Below, piece after piece: positions 29,058-40,800 of a stretch of DNA of 64,000 nt. Origin of the DNA: a virus (taxonomy: Duplodnaviria; Caudoviricetes); IMG/VR virus record IMGVR_UViG_3300033070_001497, positions 32,001 through 96,000 of that record; one strand, given 5' to 3'. Numbering within the stretch: the stretch's first letter is position 1; each line of letters starts with the position of its first letter. The position numbers and the translations under genes are program-made. The notes under the pieces were generated by a model, which saw only the letters and a list, made by a program, of their open reading frames with translations, ran no database searches and was not told where the DNA came from.

Positions 29058-30820
29058 ACATCCTGAACCCGCACAGAATAAAATACTCCGAGGTAGAGTC
29101 GGACGTGCATGGCTACCTTGGCAAGACTTACGCCCAGAAGCGATCGGTTTTCTCCGTCGCTTCCGTGTACGGCCAGATCCTGAAGGTGCTCAAGTCATTC
29201 TGGCAGCTGCTCATGCTCATGTTAGAAGACTCGATCGTCGAGAACAACATCTACACCGCTTCAAAGCAGAGGGCGATCTATGGCCTTTCCAGGCTAGCTG
29301 GCCACAACCCCACCAGGGCTCTGTCGGCCCAAGGCACGATAAGGATGAAGATCAAGGCGAGCGCCCTGGCTGATCTGAACGCCTCTTACATCGATATCGT
29401 CGATCGGACAACTCTCAAGTGCACAGACAACGGCCTCCCTTATTTCATCCAGCTCGGAGAATCCCTGGACTCGATCAGGATCAACATCTCTGACAGGGAA
29501 TTTCACCGAGTGACGATCGTCCAGGGCAAGGTGGAATCACAATCCCTGATCGGCACCGGACAGGCACTGCAATCGTTCAACATCAAGGCCAAGAAACCGA
29601 TAGAGAATGAGCTAGTCTTCGTCAAGGTGAACGGCGTGCCCTATGAGGTGGTCGATTCTCTCTACGACATGAGGAAGGGAGAGAACCTTTGTATAGTCAA
29701 GACCAGCGTCATCGATGGAATTGACCTGACATTTGGAAACGAGGACTATGGAGTCATCCCTCCATTGGGCTCGCTGATCACCGTCGAATACGTGACATCG
29801 GATGGTTTCGAAGGCAACATCTACAGCAAATCCGATAGGATCGAATTCAAGTGGGATGGCGAAGCGATCACCGACACCGGCGAACAGGTTGACCTGAACG
29901 AGGTCCTCGACGTTTTCATCGATAAGCCGATCGTCCTAGGCGCTGACAACGAGCCAATCGAACTCACAAAGCTCATTGCACCGAAGACATCGAGGTCTTA
30001 CGTTCTGGCTAACCCAGACAACTATGTGAATCTCCTCTCCAGGTTCAACTACTCGTATGTCGATGCTTACACGACGTTCGACGACGATTACCTGGACGAT
30101 GACAACGTCGTCTACCTTTTCCTGATCCCTGACCTGTCAAGACGGCTGGAAAAGAACACTGACTACTACACCACGCCATTGACTTCGTTCTATCTCGACA
30201 CAGACGAGAAGGATGCGCTGGTCTCGTGGATCCACCAATCCGGTAGGATGATCGCTTCGACTGAGCTCCAGATCGTAGACCCGATCGTCAAGAAGTATGC
30301 ACTCAACATCTTCCTACGGATCTTCGATTGGGCAGATGCTTCGACGGCGAGGTCAATGGCGATCTCCAAGGTGACTGACTACATGCTCACGGTCAACCGC
30401 CGAGACAAGATCCCGAAGTCAGACCTCATCGCCATCCTCGAGGGAATCAAGGGAATCGATTCGGTGCACGTCAATTTTGTCTCTGAGGAGAACGAAAAGG
30501 CGATCATCGATGGGTGGTACACGAAGCGAAGCTACCAGACTGATCGGATCCGTGGGCTCAAGACGTTGGTGGAGACCAGAGTCAATCTGACAGATGGAGA
30601 TGACCCAAGGCTTGGACTGGATGATTTTGGCGACATCAAGATCGGACTAAACGAGATGCCGCTCTTCCGAGGAGGATGGTACGATCGATTCGGCGCCTAC
30701 TACGACGATGGACTCACCGACCACAACAGCTGTTCCGTCAATGTGGTCATCAAGGAAGTGATACAGGACAGCGTGGCTAAGAGGATCGCGGCGAAGAACA
30801 AGGAAGCGCTCAAGAGATGA
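29054..30820 (+). CDS. baseplate wedge subunit, gp6-like
   Basis: ENNIYTA...LAGHNPTRA, IVQGK, FGNEDYGVIPPLGSLITVEYVTSDG.EGN and GADNE are gp6/baseplate-J-like; follows gp25. Confidence 0.8.
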   Translation: MNILNPHRIKYSEVESDVHGYLGKTYAQKRSVFSVASVYGQILKVLKSFWQLLMLMLEDSIVENNIYTASKQRAIYGLSRLAGHNPTRALSAQGTIRMKIKASALADLNASYIDIVDRTTLKCTDNGLPYFIQLGESLDSIRINISDREFHRVTIVQGKVESQSLIGTGQALQSFNIKAKKPIENELVFVKVNGVPYEVVDSLYDMRKGENLCIVKTSVIDGIDLTFGNEDYGVIPPLGSLITVEYVTSDGFEGNIYSKSDRIEFKWDGEAITDTGEQVDLNEVLDVFIDKPIVLGADNEPIELTKLIAPKTSRSYVLANPDNYVNLLSRFNYSYVDAYTTFDDDYLDDDNVVYLFLIPDLSRRLEKNTDYYTTPLTSFYLDTDEKDALVSWIHQSGRMIASTELQIVDPIVKKYALNIFLRIFDWADASTARSMAISKVTDYMLTVNRRDKIPKSDLIAILEGIKGIDSVHVNFVSEENEKAIIDGWYTKRSYQTDRIRGLKTLVETRVNLTDGDDPRLGLDDFGDIKIGLNEMPLFRGGWYDRFGAYYDDGLTDHNSCSVNVVIKEVIQDSVAKRIAAKNKEALKR

Positions 30821-31056
30821 CAACTGATTCATTCTACCGCAAAATGCTTGCCCGAGAGAGGGTCAATATGGGATTCGACTATTCGAACGGAATGCTGTCC
30901 AAATTCGTGTCTCCTAGGTTGTATGGGAACCCGATGCTCGCTGAATTTCTCAACCGGATAGACAAGGTGATCGTCGACATGGCCGAATCAATCAAGCGCG
31001 TCCAATTCTACTTCGCGTTCACAATCGATAAGAACGATCTAAGCATCAACCAGTGA
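30817..31056 (+). CDS. small hypothetical baseplate protein
   Basis: Coupled at both ends (ATGA, GTGA). Confidence 0.7.
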   Translation: MTTDSFYRKMLARERVNMGFDYSNGMLSKFVSPRLYGNPMLAEFLNRIDKVIVDMAESIKRVQFYFAFTIDKNDLSINQ

Positions 31057-34000
31057 GCTACAAGTACTACAACTTCTACAACAAGAGAGGCGAGTACCTG
31101 AACCTCGATTACGACGCTGACTCTGATTGCTGGACCGGTAGGATCCAACACGGAGTCATCTCTGAGGGGCTGGTCGAGGACGCACAGATCTACATCCTAG
31201 AACAGGTCTACAACCAAACTTCTGGGCTAGTGGAGAGCGCGTTTCCTGTGGGCTCCCCAGTGGTCTGTGATGGAGGAATCGTCTTGCAGGGAGCTGGATC
31301 GTCTGGCATCGATGGCACGTATTGTCCTGATGGCACCAGTGAAACCTTTCCAATGTGGACCCAGGTCGGAGGTACCACTTTCCAGGATAGCATCTACTAC
31401 ATCTACGTAGGAGGTGGCATCTATTTGTGGGTGATCACCAGCGGAGGATCATACTCCCAATCCCCGTTCTACGCAAAATACGCTGCCTACAACGTAGATG
31501 GGACTTTGCCGTTGCCCTCGGATTTCTTTGTGACCTCTGGTGGATTACCAGAAGTTCCTAGTTTCGGTTCAGTAGAGCTCATGGGTGCCGGTCCATTCCT
31601 AAACGTCTACTTTTCGCCGACTGGCGCATCCGAACACTTCCAATATGGATTCTCTGCTAACCCTACCGCTGATAACTGGCTCGTGAAGGAGCGCCAAAAG
31701 AACTATGGTCTGGAGATCAATAGTTTCACGATAGTTGGTGTGACTGGCAACGATCCAGGAATGAAGATAGTAGATGAGGTTAGGTCGGAAGCTCTTCAAA
31801 TCAACATCGGGTTCCAGCCATCCACCGAGGCCAATTACAGCAATTGGCTCACGATCGAAGACGGCTTGGGCCATGTCATCGCTAGGATAGAAGTCTATGG
31901 CGAGGGAGAGAACGAGGACGAGAGGCTCAAGGACATCCTCCAGAACTTCGGACACGACATCCTCAGTGAGGACATGCCAGTGTTCGACAAGACGGACATC
32001 AACGAGCCAGAGCCTGATTGGATATTCCTCAACCGCAAAAGGAAGGAGTTGATCACGGAGTTCGAGAAGATCTTCCCTTACATCGGCTCTTACCGGGCAC
32101 TGATCAACATCATCAAGTTCTTCGGATACCAGGATGTCCACCTAAAGGAGTACTGGAGGAACGTGGACCCTCGTTCGGTCAACTACGGCAAGTTCAAGCA
32201 TACCGACATCATCCAGATCTTCGACAAGACGGCCAACTTCAGGGATTCCCTGAGCGTGCCGAACAAGATCTACAAGAAGACCAACCTGTTTGGTCTGTTC
32301 TACGACATCACCAAGGAGACTGGGGAGTACGACGAGAATGGGTACCCGGTAGTAGAAGAGGTGTTCAGCTTCACTCCAGAGGAAGTGCTCATCAAGATCT
32401 TCGCGCTAAAGAACAAGCTCAAGAAGTACTTCCTTCCGACGAACGCAAGGATCATCGACATCGTCGGCGAAGCAGTCTACTACATGCGGTTGGACACCAC
32501 CGCAAGGACAAGCTTCTGCCGTGTGGACGCTGTCCAGCTTTCGCTGCATCCAACGTATGAGATTCTGCCAAAGCCATGCGGCTACATCCAGGACCTGAGG
32601 CCCCTGTACCACTACGGGTGCCCGGTCGGGCCAGATTTGCTGCTTGATGGCACGACTGACCTATTCTCATGGAGAATTGGGATCGGCAACACGGCGTACG
32701 TCGGTGGCATCCTTGACGGGATCCAGACCTATGCGCTATCGGTAAACATTCCGTTCGGTCCAACATCGTCGATCGTCAGCGCAACATTCCAGAGGGATCC
32801 TGACACCGGCCAAACCGCTTATTCTGGTGCAGAAATTGCGAATGGCCTGATAGCAGCATGGAATGATGCAGCCGAGACAGATGAGAGGCTGGCGCCATTC
32901 ACACTCTACCAAGAAGGCGGAAGTTCCGGAATCATCAGGATCCTACAGACTGAGCCTGGCAGCACAGGACAGATCTTCGCGTACTGGTACAGCAACACGA
33001 CTGGCGTCATCCCATCTGGCAAATTCAGCATCCCAGGCCCTACGGGTGGCACGGCAACAACGATCGACATCTCACCCGGTGGAACGTTCGGGCCGAGCGG
33101 CGCCCCGATGTCGTACTACAACGACTGCTTCCTGGCTTACTTCGACAACATCAACCTGGAGGTCGCCGAACTCAACGACGATGAGGACATCCCTGTAGGG
33201 TACCCAATCACCCTGGTCAACACCACGTTTGACATCTCATGGGATGAGGCCGAGGTGACATTCAATGACATCGATCAGACCGATTTTGGGCAGACTGGTC
33301 CAACAGGGCAAACGTACTATTCCCAGTTCAATCAATCCTTCCAAGTCACCGGTTGGACTTCGATCTATCCAAACCCTGGCCTGCCAAGTGGAGCGACTTA
33401 CCTGAGCATCGCAGCTACCGCTGGTATGACCGGATTCCCTTCGAACTTTCCGACCCAGAATGTCTACTCCTGGATAAACCTTGGCCGCTACAACTTCTAC
33501 GAGATGCAGTGGAAAGTGACATTCGATGGAGACATCGATTGGAGCTATGATTCCGGTAGAAAGACGGTGAGTGAACTAGAAAGGCACTCGCTGATCCTGC
33601 CTTACGCTGGCACATACACTGTAGAGCTGAGAATGTGGGATCTCTACAACACAGTAGCGATCAAGATCGATCCAGCCGCGATATGCGTGAAGATGCAGGA
33701 ATGCGATTTCATCGGTTGGTACCAGATGCTCGAGAAGGAATACACCTTCGACACGCCAAGGTACGAGGTGCAATCGGATTACTCAAAGAATGACCCGAGG
33801 TACCGGAAACCCAAGCAGCTGACATGGGATGAGTACGTTTCCACATGGGAGTTGCCATTCCATCCGAACGAGGAGATCGGCATGGCCGAGATCAGCTACA
33901 ACTCGCTGGATGGGATCGAGTTCTACCAGAACATCACTGATGAGGATCGTCATCCGTTGGCAGATCGGAACCCATACTACTTCCACAAGATCGGCAAGGT

Positions 34001-35204
34001 GGCCAGGTTCAAGGATCTCTACCACCTGTGGTGGGATGGTATCGGTACCAAGATCACACAGTTCAGCATCTCCGAGTGCTCGACCGGTCCGACCGGCTAC
34101 ATGTTCATGACGCTAGAGAATTGTCCGTTCGACATCACTGATCCGAACATGACGATCAGTTACGTCCAAGGCCCGACAGGCTACACCGGTCCATTGGGCA
34201 TCACCGGCGCTACTGGAGCGACTGGCGACGTCATCTACTCGGCCTACGATTCGAGCGTCTATCGCTACGATGGCTCGGTCTGGAAGCGGACATACGCAAC
34301 CATGGAGGGCTTCCCGTTGAGGTCCAACTACACGAACAGGAGATCGAGGTTCCAGAACTTGGTCAGCCAACTGAACTTCGACCTCTATGACGATGCCAGG
34401 GACCTTCCGATGCTCAGGTCATTCATCTACTACTTCGATGAAAAGTACGACACCGATTACTCGCTGAAGCCGTACGTGAGAGCAGTGTCCAAGGACTTCG
34501 ACAAGCACAACAGGCACCGGATAAGGTTCCAGGGCATGACCGGGGATTCGAAGTCTTACGAGACCACGTACTTCGGCTACATGGGAGACATCCCATCCCA
34601 CTTCGAGATCTACACCGTCTCATCATCGACTGGGCCCAGCAGCTCCATCACCGTGGAAGGGATGACGGCGCCATACCTGATTGGCGCAACCAACCTGATC
34701 TACTTGGCCGATGAGCTCAATGGGCCGACAGCCCAATCTTGGCCAGGGATCCGTGAGTTCTCGTACAACCTCGTCCTGGGTTGGTCTGGCGGCACCGGTT
34801 CGACGTCTTACTATGAGACGAAGGTCCAGGCCATCTCGAAGGCCTTCACTTCGCCTGACAAGTTCTGGGTGGAGTTCGATAACGTCATAGGCACCATCTA
34901 TGGGCGATCCCTCATCAAGAATCCGACCTTCGATAACCTGCGGATCCTCAAGTACAGCAAGAGGCTGCCAGTCCTCAGCCTTCTGAACTTCACCTATGAC
35001 AATTGCCAGGTGCACGGCAAGAAGAAGCCAGTCTGGAAGCTGTCAAAGGAGTTGGAAGGTTCAACTGTGGATACATACGACCGGAATCGGTACTTCTCGT
35101 TCCTGTTCACAGAAAAGGGCTCTTACACACTGAGCCTCAAACTCGAAGACACGAACGGAAACGTCGTGGAAACAACCAAACGGGAATTGATCATCGTCGA
35201 ATAA
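31053..35204 (+). CDS. large baseplate/structural protein (gp7-like position)
   Basis: IGSYRALINIIKFFGY resembles the wedge/tail-P2-I-like motif; Ig/PKD-like segments (GTYTVELRMWD, GSYTLSLKLEDTNGN). Confidence 0.65.
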   Translation: MSYKYYNFYNKRGEYLNLDYDADSDCWTGRIQHGVISEGLVEDAQIYILEQVYNQTSGLVESAFPVGSPVVCDGGIVLQGAGSSGIDGTYCPDGTSETFPMWTQVGGTTFQDSIYYIYVGGGIYLWVITSGGSYSQSPFYAKYAAYNVDGTLPLPSDFFVTSGGLPEVPSFGSVELMGAGPFLNVYFSPTGASEHFQYGFSANPTADNWLVKERQKNYGLEINSFTIVGVTGNDPGMKIVDEVRSEALQINIGFQPSTEANYSNWLTIEDGLGHVIARIEVYGEGENEDERLKDILQNFGHDILSEDMPVFDKTDINEPEPDWIFLNRKRKELITEFEKIFPYIGSYRALINIIKFFGYQDVHLKEYWRNVDPRSVNYGKFKHTDIIQIFDKTANFRDSLSVPNKIYKKTNLFGLFYDITKETGEYDENGYPVVEEVFSFTPEEVLIKIFALKNKLKKYFLPTNARIIDIVGEAVYYMRLDTTARTSFCRVDAVQLSLHPTYEILPKPCGYIQDLRPLYHYGCPVGPDLLLDGTTDLFSWRIGIGNTAYVGGILDGIQTYALSVNIPFGPTSSIVSATFQRDPDTGQTAYSGAEIANGLIAAWNDAAETDERLAPFTLYQEGGSSGIIRILQTEPGSTGQIFAYWYSNTTGVIPSGKFSIPGPTGGTATTIDISPGGTFGPSGAPMSYYNDCFLAYFDNINLEVAELNDDEDIPVGYPITLVNTTFDISWDEAEVTFNDIDQTDFGQTGPTGQTYYSQFNQSFQVTGWTSIYPNPGLPSGATYLSIAATAGMTGFPSNFPTQNVYSWINLGRYNFYEMQWKVTFDGDIDWSYDSGRKTVSELERHSLILPYAGTYTVELRMWDLYNTVAIKIDPAAICVKMQECDFIGWYQMLEKEYTFDTPRYEVQSDYSKNDPRYRKPKQLTWDEYVSTWELPFHPNEEIGMAEISYNSLDGIEFYQNITDEDRHPLADRNPYYFHKIGKVARFKDLYHLWWDGIGTKITQFSISECSTGPTGYMFMTLENCPFDITDPNMTISYVQGPTGYTGPLGITGATGATGDVIYSAYDSSVYRYDGSVWKRTYATMEGFPLRSNYTNRRSRFQNLVSQLNFDLYDDARDLPMLRSFIYYFDEKYDTDYSLKPYVRAVSKDFDKHNRHRIRFQGMTGDSKSYETTYFGYMGDIPSHFEIYTVSSSTGPSSSITVEGMTAPYLIGATNLIYLADELNGPTAQSWPGIREFSYNLVLGWSGGTGSTSYYETKVQAISKAFTSPDKFWVEFDNVIGTIYGRSLIKNPTFDNLRILKYSKRLPVLSLLNFTYDNCQVHGKKKPVWKLSKELEGSTVDTYDRNRYFSFLFTEKGSYTLSLKLEDTNGNVVETTKRELIIVE

Positions 35205-35774
35205 ATGGCAATCGAAACTACTCAACTCAACGGCACCGATTCCGTAGCTGCGGGCAGGATCACGATCAACGACAACTTCGCCACGATCAAGGACGCCCTT
35301 AACCGGGTCCTGAGCGTGTTCGATATTGCCACTGGTAAGATCAACAACTACGGGTTTGGCAGCGACAACGACATTGAGACCGAGGACCTGATAGTCCGAG
35401 GATCAACTGGCGGCGGGATCTCTGTGCTCTCCGGTGGAATCAGCATCAGCCTTGGTAATTTGACCATTGGTGGAGCTGGATACATCGAGTTCGGCAGCGG
35501 CTCCAGTGTCAAGATCGAGAAGCTCACCAAGCTCTTCAATATCTCGCCTGGCAACATCCCAGTCTGGAATGTGAGCGGCACTGGAGCTACTGGTGGCACA
35601 GGACCGATTGGCTACTTTGGTCTGCCGAGGCTCGACACCGCGACCATCAATGATATCAAGTTCCCACAAGTTGGGGCCCTCGTCTACGATGTGTCAGTGG
35701 GCACGACCGGCGCACTTAAGTGCTGCGTTGAGTCTGGCGTCACTGGGACCTGGCAAACAGTCACACTCACCTGA
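35205..35774 (+). CDS. virion structural protein
   Basis: N-terminal DSVAAGRITINDNF motif typical of baseplate/fibre-attachment proteins. Confidence 0.65.
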   Translation: MAIETTQLNGTDSVAAGRITINDNFATIKDALNRVLSVFDIATGKINNYGFGSDNDIETEDLIVRGSTGGGISVLSGGISISLGNLTIGGAGYIEFGSGSSVKIEKLTKLFNISPGNIPVWNVSGTGATGGTGPIGYFGLPRLDTATINDIKFPQVGALVYDVSVGTTGALKCCVESGVTGTWQTVTLT

Positions 35775-35777
35775 TGC

Positions 35778-37817
35778 ATGGCGTCTCCCCTGATCAATCC
35801 ATTGCGCGTCAATGGTGGGACTGTCTACACATTCACATCGGCTTCTAACGACCTAACTGGGTTCTTCGGCGACGATGATACCAGGGTGACCTTTTCGAAG
35901 TTCGTCCTGCTAGACCTCCCTGACGTTGCCACTCCATCCTCTAACTACGAGAACTACCTCGTCTGGGAAGCCATAGGCTCTAACCTAGGCGGAGGCACCT
36001 CAGGCGTCCCAGCCTTGGCTCTGGACGAGAACATCAACTTCGCACAGTCCTTACAGAACTACGTGCTCAATTTCGAGCAATTGGCGTTGGAAGGCAAGAA
36101 CACGCTGGCCCAAGGATACGACCAGCTGCAAAAGTCTTCGGTCAGCGAAAGGATTTTCTGGAAGTGGCTCTGTAACCTGAACGTCCTGAGATTCAGGGAT
36201 GCTAGCACATCGGAAGCAGCAGCTTCCAATCGATTCGTCGAATTGGATCCGACTTCGTACTACAACCGTGTTGTCAAGTACATCGGAGACATCGACATCG
36301 TCAACAACGTCAGGAAGGACGGACAGTCCTACATGGAGGCGTACATCCACGTTCCCACCGAACACGGATCCACTCCTACTGTGCTTTGGAAGACGCTGGC
36401 CGACACCAACTACGCTCCTGGCATGGTCTGGTCGAATGGCAACGTCTACGTCGACGGCCGGGATTCAGGATCAGTCCATCCATCTGGCCTTGACCTGAGG
36501 GCTTACTACGATAGCCCATCGAGCCAGTACATTTCCCAATCGACATTCGGCGACGTGACAAACGTAGCCGGCACAGCCATCCTAGGATCGGCGAAGCCAG
36601 TGGTCTTCTCGAAGATGGATGGCGCTGTGCTTGATTTTGATCCGAACTCCTACCAAGCGATCGTAGCGGACCCCAACGTCTCGATCATCTCGGAGTTCAA
36701 CATGACGGATGCGGCTTCGCATTTCAAGTTCAACGTCTGTCTGATCTACTATGACGTCTACCGCGAATCGGATCCAACCGATAGGGCGACTAACCTCTTT
36801 GGAGTCCTAGTCCTGGACGACTACATCAACCAGGGCTCGGGCTATTCATATTTGCCAAGGTTCGATAAGTTCAAGCCTAACAAGATCACTAAGCTCAATG
36901 GCAACGCCTATGGGCTCAAGCTGAACGTAAGGTTCGATACCTCGATCGATAACGTCGGAGTCGAGGTGGTGGTCAACGAGTACAACACGTTCTCGATGGA
37001 CCTGTTCACCGACGCGATGAACAGGATGCAGGAATCGGCCGACCTTTTCCAGGATCTCATCATCGAGGTCACTGGGATCAGGGAGAGGTTAGAGACCACC
37101 GAATCGATCTACTACTCGATAGGAGATCTGACTCTGCTTTCGCAGCGGTTGAATTCGTTGGAAGTCGGCCTCAATAACGCCAAGCTGTCGATGGAATCAT
37201 CGACGACGCTTCTGGACCTCATCAATAAGCTCGCGGACAACATCAATGCGATCCTGAATGGGACAACCTCATTGAACGTCGCTTTCAACTTGGACTTGAT
37301 CTTGAATGGTGATGGAACTATCATAGACCGATCTGTTCCAGGGCAAGTGTCCATCGTCAATACCGTCCAACAGTACAACACCATCATGACGTGTGGCAAC
37401 TCCGATAACAGCGGAATGTTGGCAACCTCGTCTAGCAACGGCAACACACTGGATTCCCTGACGGATGGCAACATCCTATTCCTCGGGCGTTTCAGTAACT
37501 ACTTCAAGCAGAGGAACACGAACACCGACCCTATGACAGGAGTCGAGGCCTTCTCTGACAACCTGTACATCAACATCGACGATTCCAATTACCGTTGGAA
37601 GAAAGGTCAAACGGTGAAGATCTACTTCGAAGGCCTGATCGATGCCAATGGATACAACATTTCGTTCTACACCGATGCTAAGAACGCTTTCGGCAACGGC
37701 GCTTTCGAGAAGCTGATCGGCACAGTCTACACGTCTAGCCTGAGCCAAGCACCGATCATCGAGATAGTCTGCCTCGATGAATCCACCTACCAATTCGACG
37801 TGAACATCCTCAAGTAA
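35778..37817 (+). CDS. virion structural protein
   Basis: Long ORF in the structural module, with a central coiled coil. Confidence 0.65.
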   Translation: MASPLINPLRVNGGTVYTFTSASNDLTGFFGDDDTRVTFSKFVLLDLPDVATPSSNYENYLVWEAIGSNLGGGTSGVPALALDENINFAQSLQNYVLNFEQLALEGKNTLAQGYDQLQKSSVSERIFWKWLCNLNVLRFRDASTSEAAASNRFVELDPTSYYNRVVKYIGDIDIVNNVRKDGQSYMEAYIHVPTEHGSTPTVLWKTLADTNYAPGMVWSNGNVYVDGRDSGSVHPSGLDLRAYYDSPSSQYISQSTFGDVTNVAGTAILGSAKPVVFSKMDGAVLDFDPNSYQAIVADPNVSIISEFNMTDAASHFKFNVCLIYYDVYRESDPTDRATNLFGVLVLDDYINQGSGYSYLPRFDKFKPNKITKLNGNAYGLKLNVRFDTSIDNVGVEVVVNEYNTFSMDLFTDAMNRMQESADLFQDLIIEVTGIRERLETTESIYYSIGDLTLLSQRLNSLEVGLNNAKLSMESSTTLLDLINKLADNINAILNGTTSLNVAFNLDLILNGDGTIIDRSVPGQVSIVNTVQQYNTIMTCGNSDNSGMLATSSSNGNTLDSLTDGNILFLGRFSNYFKQRNTNTDPMTGVEAFSDNLYINIDDSNYRWKKGQTVKIYFEGLIDANGYNISFYTDAKNAFGNGAFEKLIGTVYTSSLSQAPIIEIVCLDESTYQFDVNILK

Positions 37818-37818
37818 G

Positions 37819-40800
37819 ATGCCGCCGGTAAACAAATCCAAGAACTCCCTCACCACCCAGCTGAACGATCTCATGCGGATCCAGAAGGATGCGTATGAGA
37901 TGATGCTCAAGTTCAGCCAGTTGGTGTCGTCGAACTCGGACACTGTCACGTTCGACCTTTCGGACGCGGTTGGCAAGATCAAGAAGGTGACGGTGCCTTC
38001 GATGTCGTCGATCATGGCTGAAGTGAAGAGGGTCAGTAACTCCCTCGAGTCGATCTCCGGAGTTGGAGGCAAATCGGCCACGGTCAAGCTGTCAGATGGC
38101 AAATTCCGTAAGGTGTTGGCAGCTTCGCTCAAGCGTGAGGCCGCTGACATCAAGGCGATGCCATTGCCGAAGACGTTCAACAAGAAGGAGAACTGGTTCT
38201 TCGAGTCGTTCCTGAACCCGTTGCTCTATGTCAGCTTCGATCTGTCTGATCAGATCAAGCCTAACACCGAGAACGTTGAGATCCATCGCTACATCCTTAA
38301 CCTCGACACAGAAGCCAAGAAGAAGCTCTTCGACAAGAACTTCAAGGGCAATTCGAACATCCTCTTCCAGGATTTCTACTCGATAGTCCTGGACAACAAC
38401 ATCACCTTCTTCGATGACAACGAGGTGGTGTCTTTGCCGCCGCGATCGCTTCGATTCTTCGGCGACTTCGCGGTAACGGACGTGTTCGACGAATCGACGA
38501 CTGAGACCCTTGATGGAGTCCTTTACCAGAAGAGAGTTCTCAAGCTCAGGCTCGACACTCTCAAGTATAGCGATCACCAGTCGAGGTTCAAGCTTACCCA
38601 ATCGCTCAAGGTTGGGGATTCCTTGCTGGTCAACGCGAACAACAAGGACACCAGATATCGGATCGATTCTATCGAGTCTGACACCAGGACTGTGACGGTG
38701 AGCATAGTCGAAGGATTCGAGCCTATCAAGATCGGAGTCGATGTCCTCTCGTATTATGACGTCGACAATTCGTCGGTGAGCGTGGACGTCAATGTTGGAT
38801 TCAATGAGAACTGCGTCCTCTTCATTAGGCCCATCGACCCTGATTCGAAGATCGCATCGGTGAATTGGTCACCTGGTGTCGGTCTCTTTACCAATGAGCT
38901 GACGATCAAGGACGACAGCGACCAGGACATCACGCTTGACGTCTTCTACCAGAACCAAGTCATCGACTTTGGAGCTTACCTCTACTCGGTAGCAAAGGAA
39001 AAGATTCCTCCTTCGATCTTTGGGGTCACGCCAGATGCACCAGCGGTGACAACTGACAACTTCAAGGTCGTCCAGATCAACGAGCACATCACCTCGAACT
39101 CATCGATCCAGGATGTCAAGAAGCTGCACGCTGAGAAGAACCGGTTGCAATCGACAATCAGCACGATCGACAAGTCGATCGTCTCTCTGAGATCGAAGAT
39201 CGAATCGACCAAGTACGTCTCGAAGAAAGTCGAAGACACCGATCGAAACGAGCTTTCCAGGCTCATCGGCGACAGGGATTCCACTTCCAAGCTGTTCTCG
39301 TCATCGGTCGATGACATCAACAAGATCAGCACAGCTCGTGCATTGGGAGACGCGAACCCAAAGTACCGGGTGCGTGGATTCTTTCCGATCCCAAAGGCGA
39401 AGAGCACGGACAGGACCAATCCACAGGAAGTGGTCCAATTCATTGTCCAATATCGCTACCTCAAGAAGGATGGGTCCGCGAACCAACCGACCCAGATCAA
39501 ATTCCTTGACAACTCCGGCGAGGAGAGGAGAGGAACTTTCTCGACGTGGAACGAGCTCAAGACTCCAGTCAGGAGCAGGTACACGGACCCTTTCACCGGC
39601 GAGATCGCATGGAAGGTTGAGGATGTGGAGGATGGCGATAGCGTGAACATCAATCAGATCGACATCCCGATCTCCCAGAACGAATCTGTGGAGATCAGGA
39701 TCAAGTCACTCTCCGAGGCAGGATGGCCGATTTCGCCGAAGGAATCGGTGTGGTCAGAGACCGTAAGAGTCGAATTCCCATCTGACTTAGAATCGATCCA
39801 AGATGTCGGTTCGATCACAGATGAGGCCAACAAAGACAGGGCTAAGATCGAGCTACGGAAAGAGCTGGACAGCCTCGGGATCACTGATCACGTCAATAGC
39901 TCCTTCAGCCAGTCGTCGAAGTACTTTGCGCACTCTGCCAAGGAATTGGCATCTGGGTTCTTCACTTCCGAGCAGAACGTGATCCCTCTGTTCGATAAGC
40001 TCAAGGAGATGGAGGAAACGATCTTTGAGCTCCGAGCCATGATCGACAAGTCCAGGGCGATCCTCGTTGTACGCGTCGTCGATGAGCTTGGCCAGGAACA
40101 CACCGTCGAGAAGAACTCAACTCTCAGGCTGTTCGCTGGCAACTACAGAGAGCAGGTTTCTGGATCAGTCGTCAAGAAGGGAGCCATCATCACGAAGAAC
40201 TACTTCATCAGGGTGTTCAATGAGAAGCAGAGCGCCCTGGAGATGTACGCTCGTGAGTTCGGAAGCAGGTACGTCAAGATCACTCCATCGTATTCCAGCG
40301 GCGAAGACTTCAGGGTCAACGACCAGGATTACAACCGAGTGAGGAGATACGACTACGTTCCGCTTTCGTTGTCGAGCCCTCCAACCGAGGAGCTCAACTC
40401 CTACGGGTTCATCAGGAACTATCCACAGCAATCCTCGCAGGTCCTTGGACAGTTCATCGCTCTCCGTTACCTGGCGGTAGATGGCCGGCGCCCTCTCTAC
40501 TCGAATGTGGATGGTCTCACGTATGGGGTGTATGATTCCAGGGCCATCACCAACGGCACACCAGCTTACATCTCCACTGTCACAGAGGACGTTGAGCACA
40601 CGCTCAATTCCACGGTCATGGACACTCTCGTGGCCAGCACCAACGTTGGAGCTACAGTCTCTGGAGACTTCATCTGGAAGGGCGGCACCAACGGAACATG
40701 GGTCATCCCGTACACCGATGCAAACGTCCAGGCCAGCTATAACGACAACATCTTCATCCACATCAAGCACCCGATGGTGCCTTCTTGGGCTGGTATGACG

